Shown here: piece by piece, positions 1 through 8,517 of the stretch | How the letters are laid out: each line of letters begins with the position of its first letter | Position numbering within the stretch: position 1 is the stretch's first letter | Program-made: the position numbers and the translations under genes | Notes under the pieces: model-generated | Databases searched by the model: none | What the model was told of the DNA's origin: nothing | The model's input: the letters and a program-made list of their open reading frames with translations, nothing else | Origin: Chloroflexota bacterium | GTDB taxonomy: Bacteria; Chloroflexota; Limnocylindria; P2-11E | Direction: 5' to 3' | Length of the DNA: 42,611 nucleotides | Assembly (NCBI GenBank): GCA_005883775.1 | Contig: VBEU01000049.1 | Span: 1 to 42,611 of the forward strand

Positions 1-928
1 AATAGGCCACGAGCTTCTTCAGGTCCTTCTGAACTGCCGAGACGATCGCCCCGTACAGGATCGCGATCACCGACAGGACGATGAGGACCGGGAGCCACGC
101 CTGGACGCCGATCGGGAAGAGCGGAAGCCCGAAGCGGAGGAAGCCATAGCCGCCGGCCTTGAGGAGAACGCCCGCGAGGACGATCGATCCGGCCGTAGGT
201 GCCTCGACGTGCGCGTCGGGCAGCCAGGTGTGGAACGGGACCATCGGCATCTTGATCGCGAAGGCGAGCGCGAAGGCGAGGAAGACCCAGAACTGGAAAT
301 CCGCCGGAAAGCGGCCGCGCAGCTCGATCAGCTCCGGCAGCGAGAGCGTCCGCGAGCCGGACGCGTCCGCTGACTGGAGATATACCGCGACGATGCCCAC
401 GAGCATCAGCAGCGAGCCCGCGAGCGTGAAGATCACGAACTTGAGCGTTGCGTAGATCCGCCGCGGTCCGCCCCAGATCCCGATGATCAGGTACATCGGT
501 ACGAGCATCAGCTCGAAGAAGATGTAGAAGAGGAACAGGTCGAGCGCGATGAACACGCCGACCATGCCGACCTCGAGCAGCAGGAACGCGGTCATGTATT
601 CAACGATTCGCGTCTTGATGGCACCGCCGCTCGAATACAGGACCGCGATGAAGGTGAGGAGCGTTGTCATCGGCACAAGAAAGATGGAGATGCCGTCGAC
701 CCCGACGAGATAGCTGATGCCGAGGCTCGGCAACCATTCGAGCCGCTCGACGAGCTGAAAGCCGGCCTCGATATGGAACTGGGTGACCATCCACAACGAG
801 ACGACGAGCTCGACGAAGGTGGTCGTGATGGCGACTTGTTTCGCGGCGCGCTCGTCGCGGCGGAACAGGAACAGCGGGATCAGCCCGGCGATCGGGATGA
901 CCACGAGGAGCGAGAGGACGTTCGTCAT
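1..928 (-). CDS. nuoM: NADH-quinone oxidoreductase subunit M, N-terminal part (3' end runs off the window)
   Basis: Manual minus-strand translation from ATG at 926-928: MTNVLSLLVVIPIAG...FYIFFELMLVPMYLIIGIWGGPRR...MPMVPFHTWLPDAHVEAPTAGSIVLAGVLLKAGGYGFLRF, which are typical NuoM/ND4 motifs. ATGA overlap with the nuoL stop. Absent from the ORF track because it is open at the window edge. Confidence 0.9.
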   Translation of the reverse strand, partial: MTNVLSLLVVIPIAGLIPLFLFRRDERAAKQVAITTTFVELVVSLWMVTQFHIEAGFQLVERLEWLPSLGISYLVGVDGISIFLVPMTTLLTFIAVLYSSGGAIKTRIVEYMTAFLLLEVGMVGVFIALDLFLFYIFFELMLVPMYLIIGIWGGPRRIYATLKFVIFTLAGSLLMLVGIVAVYLQSADASGSRTLSLPELIELRGRFPADFQFWVFLAFALAFAIKMPMVPFHTWLPDAHVEAPTAGSIVLAGVLLKAGGYGFLRFGLPLFPIGVQAWLPVLIVLSVIAILYGAIVSAVQKDLKKLVAY

Positions 929-2835
929 CGGCCCAGGATCCCCGCGGCATATCCGCCGTACGCGACGAGAATGAGGAGAAGTCCGGCGACGATCGTGAGG
1001 GCGTAGTTGCCGACGACGCCGGTCTGGGCACGCCGCAAGCCCTGGCCGCCCATCGCGAGCGCCCAACCGAGCCGATTGGCCAGGCCGTCGATGATGTGGA
1101 TGTCGAACGCCCACGCCGCCCCCGCGAATGCGCGGGCCGCCTCGACGAAACGGTGGTCGTAGAGCTCGTCGACGTAGTACTTGTTCACGAGGACTCGATA
1201 AAGCGGGCCCGCCGCGCGCGTCAGAGCTGCGGGATCGGGGCGATGACGGACGTACATCGAAAGACCGATCGCGATCCCGATGGCTCCCGCCACCACGGAA
1301 ACAACGGCGAGAGCGACGATGGTGGCAAGCTCGGGCGTCCGTTCGGCCACACCGGCCGCCTCGACCACCGGAGCCAGGAACCGATGAACAAACCCCTGCT
1401 CAGGTGGAAAGCCGATGACGATCCCGAGGACGGCCGAGCCGACGGCGAGCGCCATCAACGGAAGCGTCATCACCCGCGGGGACTCGTGCGCGTGGTCGAA
1501 GAGATGGTGATCGCGCGGCTCACCGTAGAACGTCATCCAGAGCGCTCGCGTCACGTAGAACGCGGTGAGCACCGCGGTCAGGATCCCGATCGCGTAGAGG
1601 ATGAGCTGCCCGTTTACGAACGCGGCGCCGAGTATCTCGTCCTTGGACCAGAATCCTGCGAGCGGCGGGAGCGCGGCAAGCGCGCCCCCGGCGACGAGCA
1701 TGGTCCAGAACGTCACCGGCATCTTCCGGCGTAGGCCGCCCATCTTGCGCATGTCCTGCTCGCCGCCCAGGCCGTGGATCACCGAGCCCGAGCCAAGGAA
1801 GAGGAGCGCCTTGAAGAAGGCGTGTGTCGCGAGGTGGAAGATCGCCGCGGCCGGCGCGCCAACGCCGAGCGCGAGGAACATGTAGCCGAGCTGGCTCACG
1901 GTCGAGTACGCCATCACCCGTTTGATGTCGAACTGCACGAGGGCGATGGTCGCCGCGAAGATCGCGGTGATCGCTCCAACGATGCCGACGACCTGAAGCG
2001 ATGGCCCGGCCGCCTCGAAGAGGGGCATGGATCGAGCGACCAGGTACACGCCCGATGTGACCATCGTCGCGGCATGGATGAGCGCCGATACCGGGGTCGG
2101 ACCCTCCATCGCGTCCGGCAGCCACGAGTACAGCGGAAGCTGCGCCGACTTACCGGTCGCCCCGAAGAAGAGGGCGACGCAGATGAGAGTGAGGGTATCC
2201 CGCGGCATCGCGCTCGCCTGGAGCCGGTTGAACACGTCGAGGAAGTTCATCGAACCGAAGGCCAGGAAGATCGTGATGATCCCGATCGTGTAGCCCCAGT
2301 CCCCGATGCGGTTCATCACGAACGCCTTCTTCGCCGCGTAATAGGGCGCCGGGCGCTCGAACCAAAAGCCGATGAGCAGGTAGCTGCAGAGGCCGACGCC
2401 CTCCCAGCCCACGAACATCAGCAGGTAGTTGTCTGCCATCACGAGGATCAACATCGCGAAGACGAAGAGCGAGAGCCACGTGAAGAACCGATAGAACCCG
2501 GCGTCGTGCGCCATGTAGCCGTTCGAGTACACGAAGATCAGGAACGAGACGACCGTGACGACGAGAAGCATCGTCGACGAGAGGGGGTCGACCAGCGCGG
2601 AGACGTTGATGGAGAAATCGCCCACAGCGATCCAGCGGTACAGCGGGACGACGACGGTCTGCGTCTTTCCGCCAAGCACCTCGAGGAAGACGCCGATCGA
2701 AACGAGCGCGGAGAGGCCGACCGCGACCGAGGCGATGACACCGGTGAGACGCCCCAGCCACCGGCGCCCGAAGAGACCGTTCACGAGGAAAGCCGCGAGC
2801 GGGAACGCCGGGATGAGCCACACGAGCGAGATCAC
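925..2835 (-). CDS. nuoL: NADH-quinone oxidoreductase subunit L
   Basis: 636-aa polytopic ORF. It has the NuoL/ND5 hallmarks (WEGVGLCSYLLIGFW, KSAQLPLYSWLPDAMEGPTPVSALIHAATMV) and lies between nuoK and nuoM. Confidence 0.95.
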   Translation of the reverse strand: MISLVWLIPAFPLAAFLVNGLFGRRWLGRLTGVIASVAVGLSALVSIGVFLEVLGGKTQTVVVPLYRWIAVGDFSINVSALVDPLSSTMLLVVTVVSFLIFVYSNGYMAHDAGFYRFFTWLSLFVFAMLILVMADNYLLMFVGWEGVGLCSYLLIGFWFERPAPYYAAKKAFVMNRIGDWGYTIGIITIFLAFGSMNFLDVFNRLQASAMPRDTLTLICVALFFGATGKSAQLPLYSWLPDAMEGPTPVSALIHAATMVTSGVYLVARSMPLFEAAGPSLQVVGIVGAITAIFAATIALVQFDIKRVMAYSTVSQLGYMFLALGVGAPAAAIFHLATHAFFKALLFLGSGSVIHGLGGEQDMRKMGGLRRKMPVTFWTMLVAGGALAALPPLAGFWSKDEILGAAFVNGQLILYAIGILTAVLTAFYVTRALWMTFYGEPRDHHLFDHAHESPRVMTLPLMALAVGSAVLGIVIGFPPEQGFVHRFLAPVVEAAGVAERTPELATIVALAVVSVVAGAIGIAIGLSMYVRHRPDPAALTRAAGPLYRVLVNKYYVDELYDHRFVEAARAFAGAAWAFDIHIIDGLANRLGWALAMGGQGLRRAQTGVVGNYALTIVAGLLLILVAYGGYAAGILGR

Positions 2836-2839
2836 TCCG

Positions 2840-3151
2840 TTATCCCCTCATCTGATGGATCTCGTCCACGTCCACCACCGGCCGGTTGCGATAGGCCGAC
2901 AGGATGATTCCCAGCCCGACGGCGACTTCAGCCGCCGCGATCACGAAAACGAAGATGACGAAGACGCTTCCGCGCTCGTCGATCGAGCCGTACTTGCGAG
3001 AGAAGGCGACGAGCGCGAGGTTCGCCGCGTTGAGCATGAGCTCGACGCACATGAGGATCACCACCGCGTTGCGGCGGACAAGCACCCCTGCGCAGCCGAT
3101 GAAGAAGAGGGCCGCAGAGACGACGATGTACGCGCCAAGCGGGACGGTCAC
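2840..3151 (-). CDS. nuoK: NADH-quinone oxidoreductase subunit K
   Basis: 103-aa, three-TM protein (LMCVELMLNAANLALVAF...AAAEVAVGLGIIL), typical NuoK/ND4L. Its position between nuoJ and nuoL supports the call. Confidence 0.9.
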   Translation of the reverse strand: MTVPLGAYIVVSAALFFIGCAGVLVRRNAVVILMCVELMLNAANLALVAFSRKYGSIDERGSVFVIFVFVIAAAEVAVGLGIILSAYRNRPVVDVDEIHQMRG

Positions 3152-3726
3152 CGGCGCCGCCGCAGCGCGGCTTCCTCCGGATCCTCGCGTTTGGTCAGCA
3201 CTATCGCGCCAACCATCGCCGCGAGGAGGAGCACCGACGCGATCTCGAACGGGAACGCGAAGTCGGTGAACACGCTCGTCGCGAGCGCGACCAGATCGCC
3301 GCCGCCGGGCCGCGACGTCGCGCTCGTGAAGGAGAGCCCGATGATCGCCACCGGGATCGCGACCGCGGCGACGAACACCGCCGCGAGCGGCGTCTGCCGC
3401 TGGAAGAACAGCGCCCGAGGGCGGTCGCCGAACTTCGTGAACATGACTCCATAGAGGATGAGCACGGTGATCGCGCCGACGTAGATCAGCACCTGGAAGA
3501 GGGCGATCGTTTCGGCCCCGAGCAGCACGAACATCCCGGCCATGCAGAGGAATGTGAAGGCCATGAGCAGAGCTGCCGCGGTGATCCGGCTCAGCATCAC
3601 GACCGCCACACCGCCGGCGATCACCCCGATCGACAGAAGGGCGAAGATCACCGGCTCGACGAAGTCGAACGTCACTAGAGCGTCAGCTGGCTGCGCGGAC
3701 CGCCGGCGCCGTCGCGGCGCGGGCAC
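3148..3726 (-). CDS. nuoJ: NADH-quinone oxidoreductase subunit J (true start more likely GTG at 3675)
   Basis: NuoJ-like TM protein (VIFALLSIGVIAGGVAVVM...LFQVLIYVGAITVLILYGVMF). The longest ORF overlaps nuoH by 44 nt. An in-frame GTG at 3673-3675 lies 8 nt after the nuoH stop and removes an Arg-rich extension. Confidence 0.85.
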   Translation of the reverse strand: MPAPRRRRRSAQPADALVTFDFVEPVIFALLSIGVIAGGVAVVMLSRITAAALLMAFTFLCMAGMFVLLGAETIALFQVLIYVGAITVLILYGVMFTKFGDRPRALFFQRQTPLAAVFVAAVAIPVAIIGLSFTSATSRPGGGDLVALATSVFTDFAFPFEIASVLLLAAMVGAIVLTKREDPEEAALRRRR

Positions 3727-4834
3727 GTGCGCGCAAGGTCCGAAGGCGCCGCCGCTGGACGAACGGGATGCCTGCGACGAAGACGACGAGGAGCAGCCAG
3801 CTCGCGACGGCGATCGGGACCTTCGTTGTCGGGAACGCGAGCGCGAGGACGGCGACGACGACGATGTTCAGGAGTGCCATCGGAATGAGGCCCTTCCAGC
3901 AGAAGCTCATGAGCTGGTCGATCCGGAGCCGCGGCAATGTCGCCCGGATCCACATCATGACGACGATGAAGGCGTAGACCTTGAGCGTGAACCAGAGGAC
4001 CCCGAGGAGTGGGATCGCTTCGACGCCGGGTCCCTGCCAGCCGCCGAACCACAGCGTGGTCACGATCGCGCAGACCACCGTCACGTTGCCGTACTCGGAG
4101 AGCGCCAGCATCGTTCCCCATCGCATACCGGAGTACTCCGTGAGCCAGCCGGCGACGAGCTCGGACTCGGCCTCGGGAAGATCGAACGGGGTGCGGTTGG
4201 TCTCGGCGAGCGCGGCGATGAAGTAGATCACGAACGAGAACGGCAGGATGAGCACGTTCACGAGGGGCCCCGCCTGCGAGCGCGTGATGTCGATCATCGA
4301 GAGGGAACCTACGACGAGTGCCACGGACACGAGCGCGAGGATCTGCGGGATCTCGTACGAGATGAGCTGACCGGCCGAGCGGAGACCGCCAACGAGGGCG
4401 TATTTGTTGTTCGATGCCCATCCGGCGATGACGATGCCAAGCACGGTCATCGACCCGAGTGTCGTCAGATAAAGCAAGCCGACGTTGAGGTTCGCGCCGA
4501 CGATGTCCTGGGCGAATGGCAGCACCACCCACGACGCGAGCATCGGGCAGAACACGAGCGCCGGGGCCGCCACGAAGAACCAGCCGTCGGTCGCCTGCGC
4601 GCGAACGTCCTCCTTGGAGATCAGCTTCAGAGCGTCGGCGAAGGTCTGCAGGAGGCCGAACGGTCCCACGTGATAGGGGCCGAGGCGATCCTGGATGATC
4701 GCCTGGATCTTTCGCTCGAGATAGATCTGCAGGAGCGCCCCGTTGAGCACGAGGAAGAGCGCGAGGCCAACAGCTATGACGAGGCGAAGCGGCGCCCAGA
4801 TCAGCGGATCGATGCCGAATGGTCCGACGGGCAT
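3683..4834 (-). CDS. nuoH: NADH-quinone oxidoreductase subunit H
   Basis: 383-aa ORF with NuoH/ND1 motifs (LERKIQAIIQDRLGPYHVGPFGLLQTFADALKL, EYSGMRWG, PRLRIDQLM). Confidence 0.95.
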   Translation of the reverse strand: MPVGPFGIDPLIWAPLRLVIAVGLALFLVLNGALLQIYLERKIQAIIQDRLGPYHVGPFGLLQTFADALKLISKEDVRAQATDGWFFVAAPALVFCPMLASWVVLPFAQDIVGANLNVGLLYLTTLGSMTVLGIVIAGWASNNKYALVGGLRSAGQLISYEIPQILALVSVALVVGSLSMIDITRSQAGPLVNVLILPFSFVIYFIAALAETNRTPFDLPEAESELVAGWLTEYSGMRWGTMLALSEYGNVTVVCAIVTTLWFGGWQGPGVEAIPLLGVLWFTLKVYAFIVVMMWIRATLPRLRIDQLMSFCWKGLIPMALLNIVVVAVLALAFPTTKVPIAVASWLLLVVFVAGIPFVQRRRLRTLRARARAATAPAVRAAS

Positions 4835-4837
4835 GAT

Positions 4838-5347
4838 CTATCCGCCCCGTGCGTCGCTGCGCGGCGGGAGGAACGACTTGCGCAGGGGATGTCCGGGGAA
4901 GCTCTCCTCGAGAAAGATCCGGCGAAGATCGGGATGTCCGTCGAACTCGATCCCGAACATGTCGTATGTCTCGCGCTCGCACCAGTTCGCGCCCTCCCAG
5001 ACGGCGACGAGCGTGGGAATGTGAGGGTCCAGCTCCGTGCACGAGGACCGCAGCATCACCGAGACCTTTGTGCCGGTGCCGCGGACGAAGGTGACGGAGC
5101 GCAACTCGACGCCGGTATCGACGCCGGCGTTGACGGAATAGAGATCACACAGAGTACGCGGGTCGTCGCGCACGAAGGTCGCGACCTCGACCAGTCGCTC
5201 GCGGTCGACGTCGAGGACCAGCATGTCGTGCAATGTCGAGACGCGAGCCTTATCGCCGAGCTGAGACGCGACGTAGGACCGCAGGCCGGCAAGATCGATC
5301 GTGGAACGTGGTGCGCTCAATACCAATTGAGAGCGTCCTTCTTCCAC
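4838..5347 (-). CDS. nuoC: NADH-quinone oxidoreductase subunit C (30-kDa subunit)
   Basis: Carries the NuoC signature ANWCERETYDMFGIEFDGHPDLRRIFLEESFPGHPLRK. The longest ORF overlaps the nuoA 3' end by 31 nt. An in-frame TTG at 5320, overlapping the nuoA stop, is an alternative start. Confidence 0.88.
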   Translation of the reverse strand: MEEGRSQLVLSAPRSTIDLAGLRSYVASQLGDKARVSTLHDMLVLDVDRERLVEVATFVRDDPRTLCDLYSVNAGVDTGVELRSVTFVRGTGTKVSVMLRSSCTELDPHIPTLVAVWEGANWCERETYDMFGIEFDGHPDLRRIFLEESFPGHPLRKSFLPPRSDARGG

Positions 5348-5682
5348 GCGTAATAGAGTCCGACGACGAGGATCGCGATGAACACGATCACTTCGATGAG
5401 CCCCGTGACGCCGAGCGCTCTAAAGAGCACGGCCCACGGAAAGAGGAAGATCACTTCGACATCGAAGACGACGAAGAGGAGCGCGAACACGTAGAAGTGC
5501 GTCGGGTAGCGTCCCCAGGCTTGGCCGATCGGCTCTTCTCCCGATTCATAGGTCCGCAGCTTTTCTTTCGTAGCCTTGCGTGGAGCAACGAGGCGAGCGA
5601 GCGTTAGGAGGACAGTCACGAAGATCGCCCCGACCACGAAGAACGCGAAGACGTAAACGTACGAAAGGCTGTAGTCGGGCAC
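5317..5682 (-). CDS. nuoA: NADH-quinone oxidoreductase subunit A
   Basis: 121-aa, three-TM protein with the NuoA/ND3 motif YESGEEPIG...FYVFALLFVVFDVEVIFLFPW. It is the first gene of the minus-strand cluster. Confidence 0.9.
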   Translation of the reverse strand: MPDYSLSYVYVFAFFVVGAIFVTVLLTLARLVAPRKATKEKLRTYESGEEPIGQAWGRYPTHFYVFALLFVVFDVEVIFLFPWAVLFRALGVTGLIEVIVFIAILVVGLYYAWKKDALNWY

Positions 5683-5776
5683 CGAATGAAGCCTACGTAG
5701 GGGTACTCACCCGAGCAAACCGGGGCCGACACCGGATTTCCACCACGACCTCGCTTGGTGCTACCACGTTGCTCGG

Positions 5777-5806
5777 TTGACACATCTGTTGGACCGGGGT
5801 TACGGT
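5777..5806 (+). promoter_or_regulatory. Candidate sigma70-type promoter (TTGACA-18 nt-TACGGT) for the LysM/M23 gene
   Basis: Perfect -35 hexamer TTGACA at 5777-5782, with a TAnnnT-type hexamer TACGGT at 5801-5806. It would give a leader of about 220 nt. This is a sequence match only. Confidence 0.3.
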
Positions 5807-6036
5807 GCAGATCTCCCGACACGTCAGTACGCAATTCGTACATGAGCGCGGTCGGAAGGTCGGCCGAAGTGGGCTGACGTGGTGAGGGAACGACATAGAT
5901 CGGCCGAAGGTGGCCGCATTTAGAAGGATGAGAGGGATCGCCGGGGTTGGGACAACAGAGCCGACGTTCGCAGGCCACACCTAACCCGAAACGGTTCCTT
6001 CAGCGGCACGCACGGCTCCTCTCTCGGGGAGCGTCG

Positions 6037-7230
6037 ATGCTCGCCGCGCGAACGAGGCACCTCTCATTCGTCGCGCTCGAGGAAAGCAGCAGCTATCTCG
6101 CGAGCATGGTCGGCGTCCGCGGCCTTCGGCTCGCGCTCAACACCTCCGTGGCGGTGCTCGTCCTGTCGCTTCCTTTCGCGGCAACGGCGGCGTCGCGCGC
6201 GAACACGCTTGCTCCGACCGTTGCGGCGACGAATGCGACCACGAGTGATGCGTCGCGCGCCCAGCCGGTCGCACGCGGCGGGTCGATCGCGAGCAGCCGC
6301 AATCCAATGACCGTGTCCGCCGAAGGCACGCGCCCGACGCAGGAGGTCACGATCCACGACGGCGACACGCTCGCGACCATGGCGAACTACTACGACGTTT
6401 CGGTCGAAGCGATCGCATATGCGAACGGTCTGAGCGATGCGCGCGCACTGCAGATGGGTCAGAAGCTTGTGATCCCACCCGCCGAAGGCGCGCTCCCGAC
6501 GCAGGAGGTCACGATCCACGACGGCGACACGCTCGCGACCATGGCGAACTACTACGACGTTTCGGTCGAAGCGATCGCATATGCGAACGGTCTGAGCGAT
6601 GCGCGCGCACTGCGGATGGGTCAGAAGCTTGTGATCCCACCCGCCGAAGGCGCGCTCTACACCGTGAAGGACGGGGACACCATCGATTCGATCGCCGGCA
6701 ATTTCAGAGTGGACCCGACGGTCATCCTCACGTTCAACCGCTGCTACTTCGAGCCCGAGCGCTGCGCGGCCGGCCAGAAGATCTTCGTGCGCGGCGCCGA
6801 GCTCCCGGCGCTGCTCGAGCCCGACCGACCCGCCCGCGATGTGTTCGCCGCGGCACCTCAGGTCGCTCAGCAGCCGCGAAATGGCCGCCTCTCGTGGCCG
6901 GTCGGCGGCGTGATCACGCAGCTCTTCTGGTGGGGTCACACGGGCGTGGACGTCGCGGCTCCGTACGGCACAGGCCTCGGCGCCGGCGATGACGGCGTCG
7001 TCACGGCAACCGGCTGGGTCGCGGTCGGCGGATTGCGGGTGTGCGTGCAGCACGCCGGCGATCTGACCGTCTGCTACTACCACACGAGTGCCGTATATGT
7101 GAGCGTTGGCCAGCAGGTCGCCCGTGGCCAGATCATCGCGGCGATCGGGCTGACCGGCGTCACCACCGGGCCACACGTCCACTGGGAGTGCAAGCTCGGC
7201 GGACAGTTCGTGAGCTGCCTCAGCCTCTAG
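6037..7230 (+). CDS. Secreted LysM-repeat (x3) M23-family metallopeptidase (peptidoglycan hydrolase)
   Basis: Same frame as ORF 5947-7230. ATG at 6037 has a GGGGAG RBS 6 nt upstream; ATG at 6106 is an alternative. Signal-like segment LRLALNTSVAVLVLSLPFAATAASRA. Three LysM units (HDGDTLATMANYYDVSVEAIAYANGL... twice, then VKDGDTIDSIAGNF...). C-terminal M23 motifs GHTGVD and GPHVHWE. Confidence 0.85.
   Translation: MLAARTRHLSFVALEESSSYLASMVGVRGLRLALNTSVAVLVLSLPFAATAASRANTLAPTVAATNATTSDASRAQPVARGGSIASSRNPMTVSAEGTRPTQEVTIHDGDTLATMANYYDVSVEAIAYANGLSDARALQMGQKLVIPPAEGALPTQEVTIHDGDTLATMANYYDVSVEAIAYANGLSDARALRMGQKLVIPPAEGALYTVKDGDTIDSIAGNFRVDPTVILTFNRCYFEPERCAAGQKIFVRGAELPALLEPDRPARDVFAAAPQVAQQPRNGRLSWPVGGVITQLFWWGHTGVDVAAPYGTGLGAGDDGVVTATGWVAVGGLRVCVQHAGDLTVCYYHTSAVYVSVGQQVARGQIIAAIGLTGVTTGPHVHWECKLGGQFVSCLSL
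6334..6657 (+). repeat. Two tandem 162-bp (54-codon) copies of a LysM-encoding unit, 161/162 identical
   Basis: Copy 1 is 6334-6495 and copy 2 is 6496-6657. Base-by-base comparison shows one difference (A6452 vs G6614, Gln to Arg). The 15 nt before copy 1 (gccgaaggcacgcgc) resemble the unit end (gccgaaggcgcgctc). Confidence 0.95.
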
Positions 7231-7281
7231 CCCTGTAGCGCGAACCCCCGCGTCTGGGGCGGCCCACCTATTCTCCGAGAT

Positions 7282-8514
7282 ATGTTCAGCGCGGTTCACA
7301 GCGATCGTTCGGGAAGCCTGGTGATCGCGACCGATTACACAGCAGCGATGTCCGACGGCTCGTCGATCGGTCCGCTCGGGCACGCTGTTCGACTTCCCGC
7401 CGGGACCGACGTCGTCCCACTCCCGGGCCGAACCGGGATCGGCCTGGACCGATCAGGACGTGCCCGCGACCTCGGCGCGGGTCGCTTCGGCGTGGCGGCG
7501 ATCGTCCCCATCGGCTACCTCCGCATCGGTCTTCCGGCGTATGAGGAGGACCCCGTCGCCCCACCTTTGAAGCCGCGCGGGTACGCGGCCGTCGGGGCCG
7601 ACGCCGATGGCGAGCTCGTCGTCGCGGCCATCGCACTCGATACCGAAGCTGGTGGCGTCGACGGCAGAGCCGCACTCGACCTGGGCGGCCGGATCACGGC
7701 AATGCAACGCGAGCATCCTTCGAATCGCCTGCTGCGCCAGCTCGCGCGCTGCGCGAAGGATTACCGCTGCCGCGCCGCCGCGAACGCGTTCCTCGGTCGT
7801 CATGACTGCGCGCTGCCGGTCGGAGCCCCAAACAACGAGCGACCCGCCGAGGTCTTGGTCTTGCGCGACGATGCCGACGCCTCGCCGACCGAGCCAGCGG
7901 CCTTCAAGCCAACGCCGGAGGAGATCGCCGACGCGGCGTCGCGTCACCTCGACGGCGGCGGCATGGCCGTTGTGTTCGGGCGCGCGTGCGAAGGCGAGCC
8001 GCTCCTCGCCGTTCGTGTCGTCGAAGCCGCGATCGTCGCGATCCGGGAGCGCACGCGGCTCGGGACGATCCATCTCGAAACCAATGGCTCCGCGCCGATC
8101 GCGCTGCGGAGGCTCTGCGACGCGGGCCTCGATTCGGTGGCGGTCCGCCTGGCTTCCGCGCGGGCCGAAACGTACGAAGCCATCCACCGGCCCGACGGCT
8201 TCCGTTTCGCGGATGTCCGGGCTTCGATCGCGAACGCGATCGGAGCGAAGATCGCCGTCGCGCTTCGCGTGCTCGCCCTACCGGGTCTCACCGATCGAGC
8301 GCGAGAGCTCGACGCGCTGCTCGGCCTGGCCGCGGATCTTCCCGTCGGAAGCTCGCTCGTCCTCAGCGATCTGTCCGCCGATCCGCAGCGCGCGCTCCGC
8401 AGCGCGGGAAGCGCGGAGGCCGCTCTGGGGATGGAGCGGATGCTCGACCGCCTGCGCACGGATGCGGCGCATCTTCGGATCGTCGCGCTTCCGCGGCCGC
8501 TCGTTCGCCTTTAG
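7282..8514 (+). CDS. Hypothetical protein; C-terminal half is radical-SAM/TIM-barrel-like but lacks a canonical CxxxCxxC
   Basis: 410-aa ORF immediately upstream of obg. Motifs resemble the radical SAM core (VVFGRACEGEPLL like GGEPLL; IHLETNGS like xTNG). The Cys residues are spaced C-x6-C-x13-C (CAKDYRCRAAANAFLGRHDC). I do not recognise the N-terminal ~150 aa. The start is uncertain because the RBS is weak. Confidence 0.6.
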   Translation: MFSAVHSDRSGSLVIATDYTAAMSDGSSIGPLGHAVRLPAGTDVVPLPGRTGIGLDRSGRARDLGAGRFGVAAIVPIGYLRIGLPAYEEDPVAPPLKPRGYAAVGADADGELVVAAIALDTEAGGVDGRAALDLGGRITAMQREHPSNRLLRQLARCAKDYRCRAAANAFLGRHDCALPVGAPNNERPAEVLVLRDDADASPTEPAAFKPTPEEIADAASRHLDGGGMAVVFGRACEGEPLLAVRVVEAAIVAIRERTRLGTIHLETNGSAPIALRRLCDAGLDSVAVRLASARAETYEAIHRPDGFRFADVRASIANAIGAKIAVALRVLALPGLTDRARELDALLGLAADLPVGSSLVLSDLSADPQRALRSAGSAEAALGMERMLDRLRTDAAHLRIVALPRPLVRL

Positions 8515-8517
8515 CCG

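Noticed and set aside
3542-5353. 603-aa plus-strand ORF. Similar long ORFs are 1774-2907 (+), 6064-7383 (-), 13997-15400 (-), 20697-21569 (-), 23701-24738 (-), 26515-27633 (-), 35784-36980 (+) and 41646-42590 (-).
   Set aside because: All of them lie antisense to confidently identified conserved genes (nuo, LysM/M23, ALDH, DUF885, ligase, tal/holA, mrdA, gyrB). Their translations are Arg/Asp/Glu/Pro-rich low-complexity sequence. This is the typical stop-codon-poor antisense frame of GC-rich DNA.
5800-6036. A c-di-AMP (ydaO-type) riboswitch upstream of the cell-wall hydrolase gene.
   Set aside because: The context is suggestive, but the conserved ydaO core sequences are not recognisable. Only a weak ACCCGAA...CAGC similarity exists, so I do not call it.
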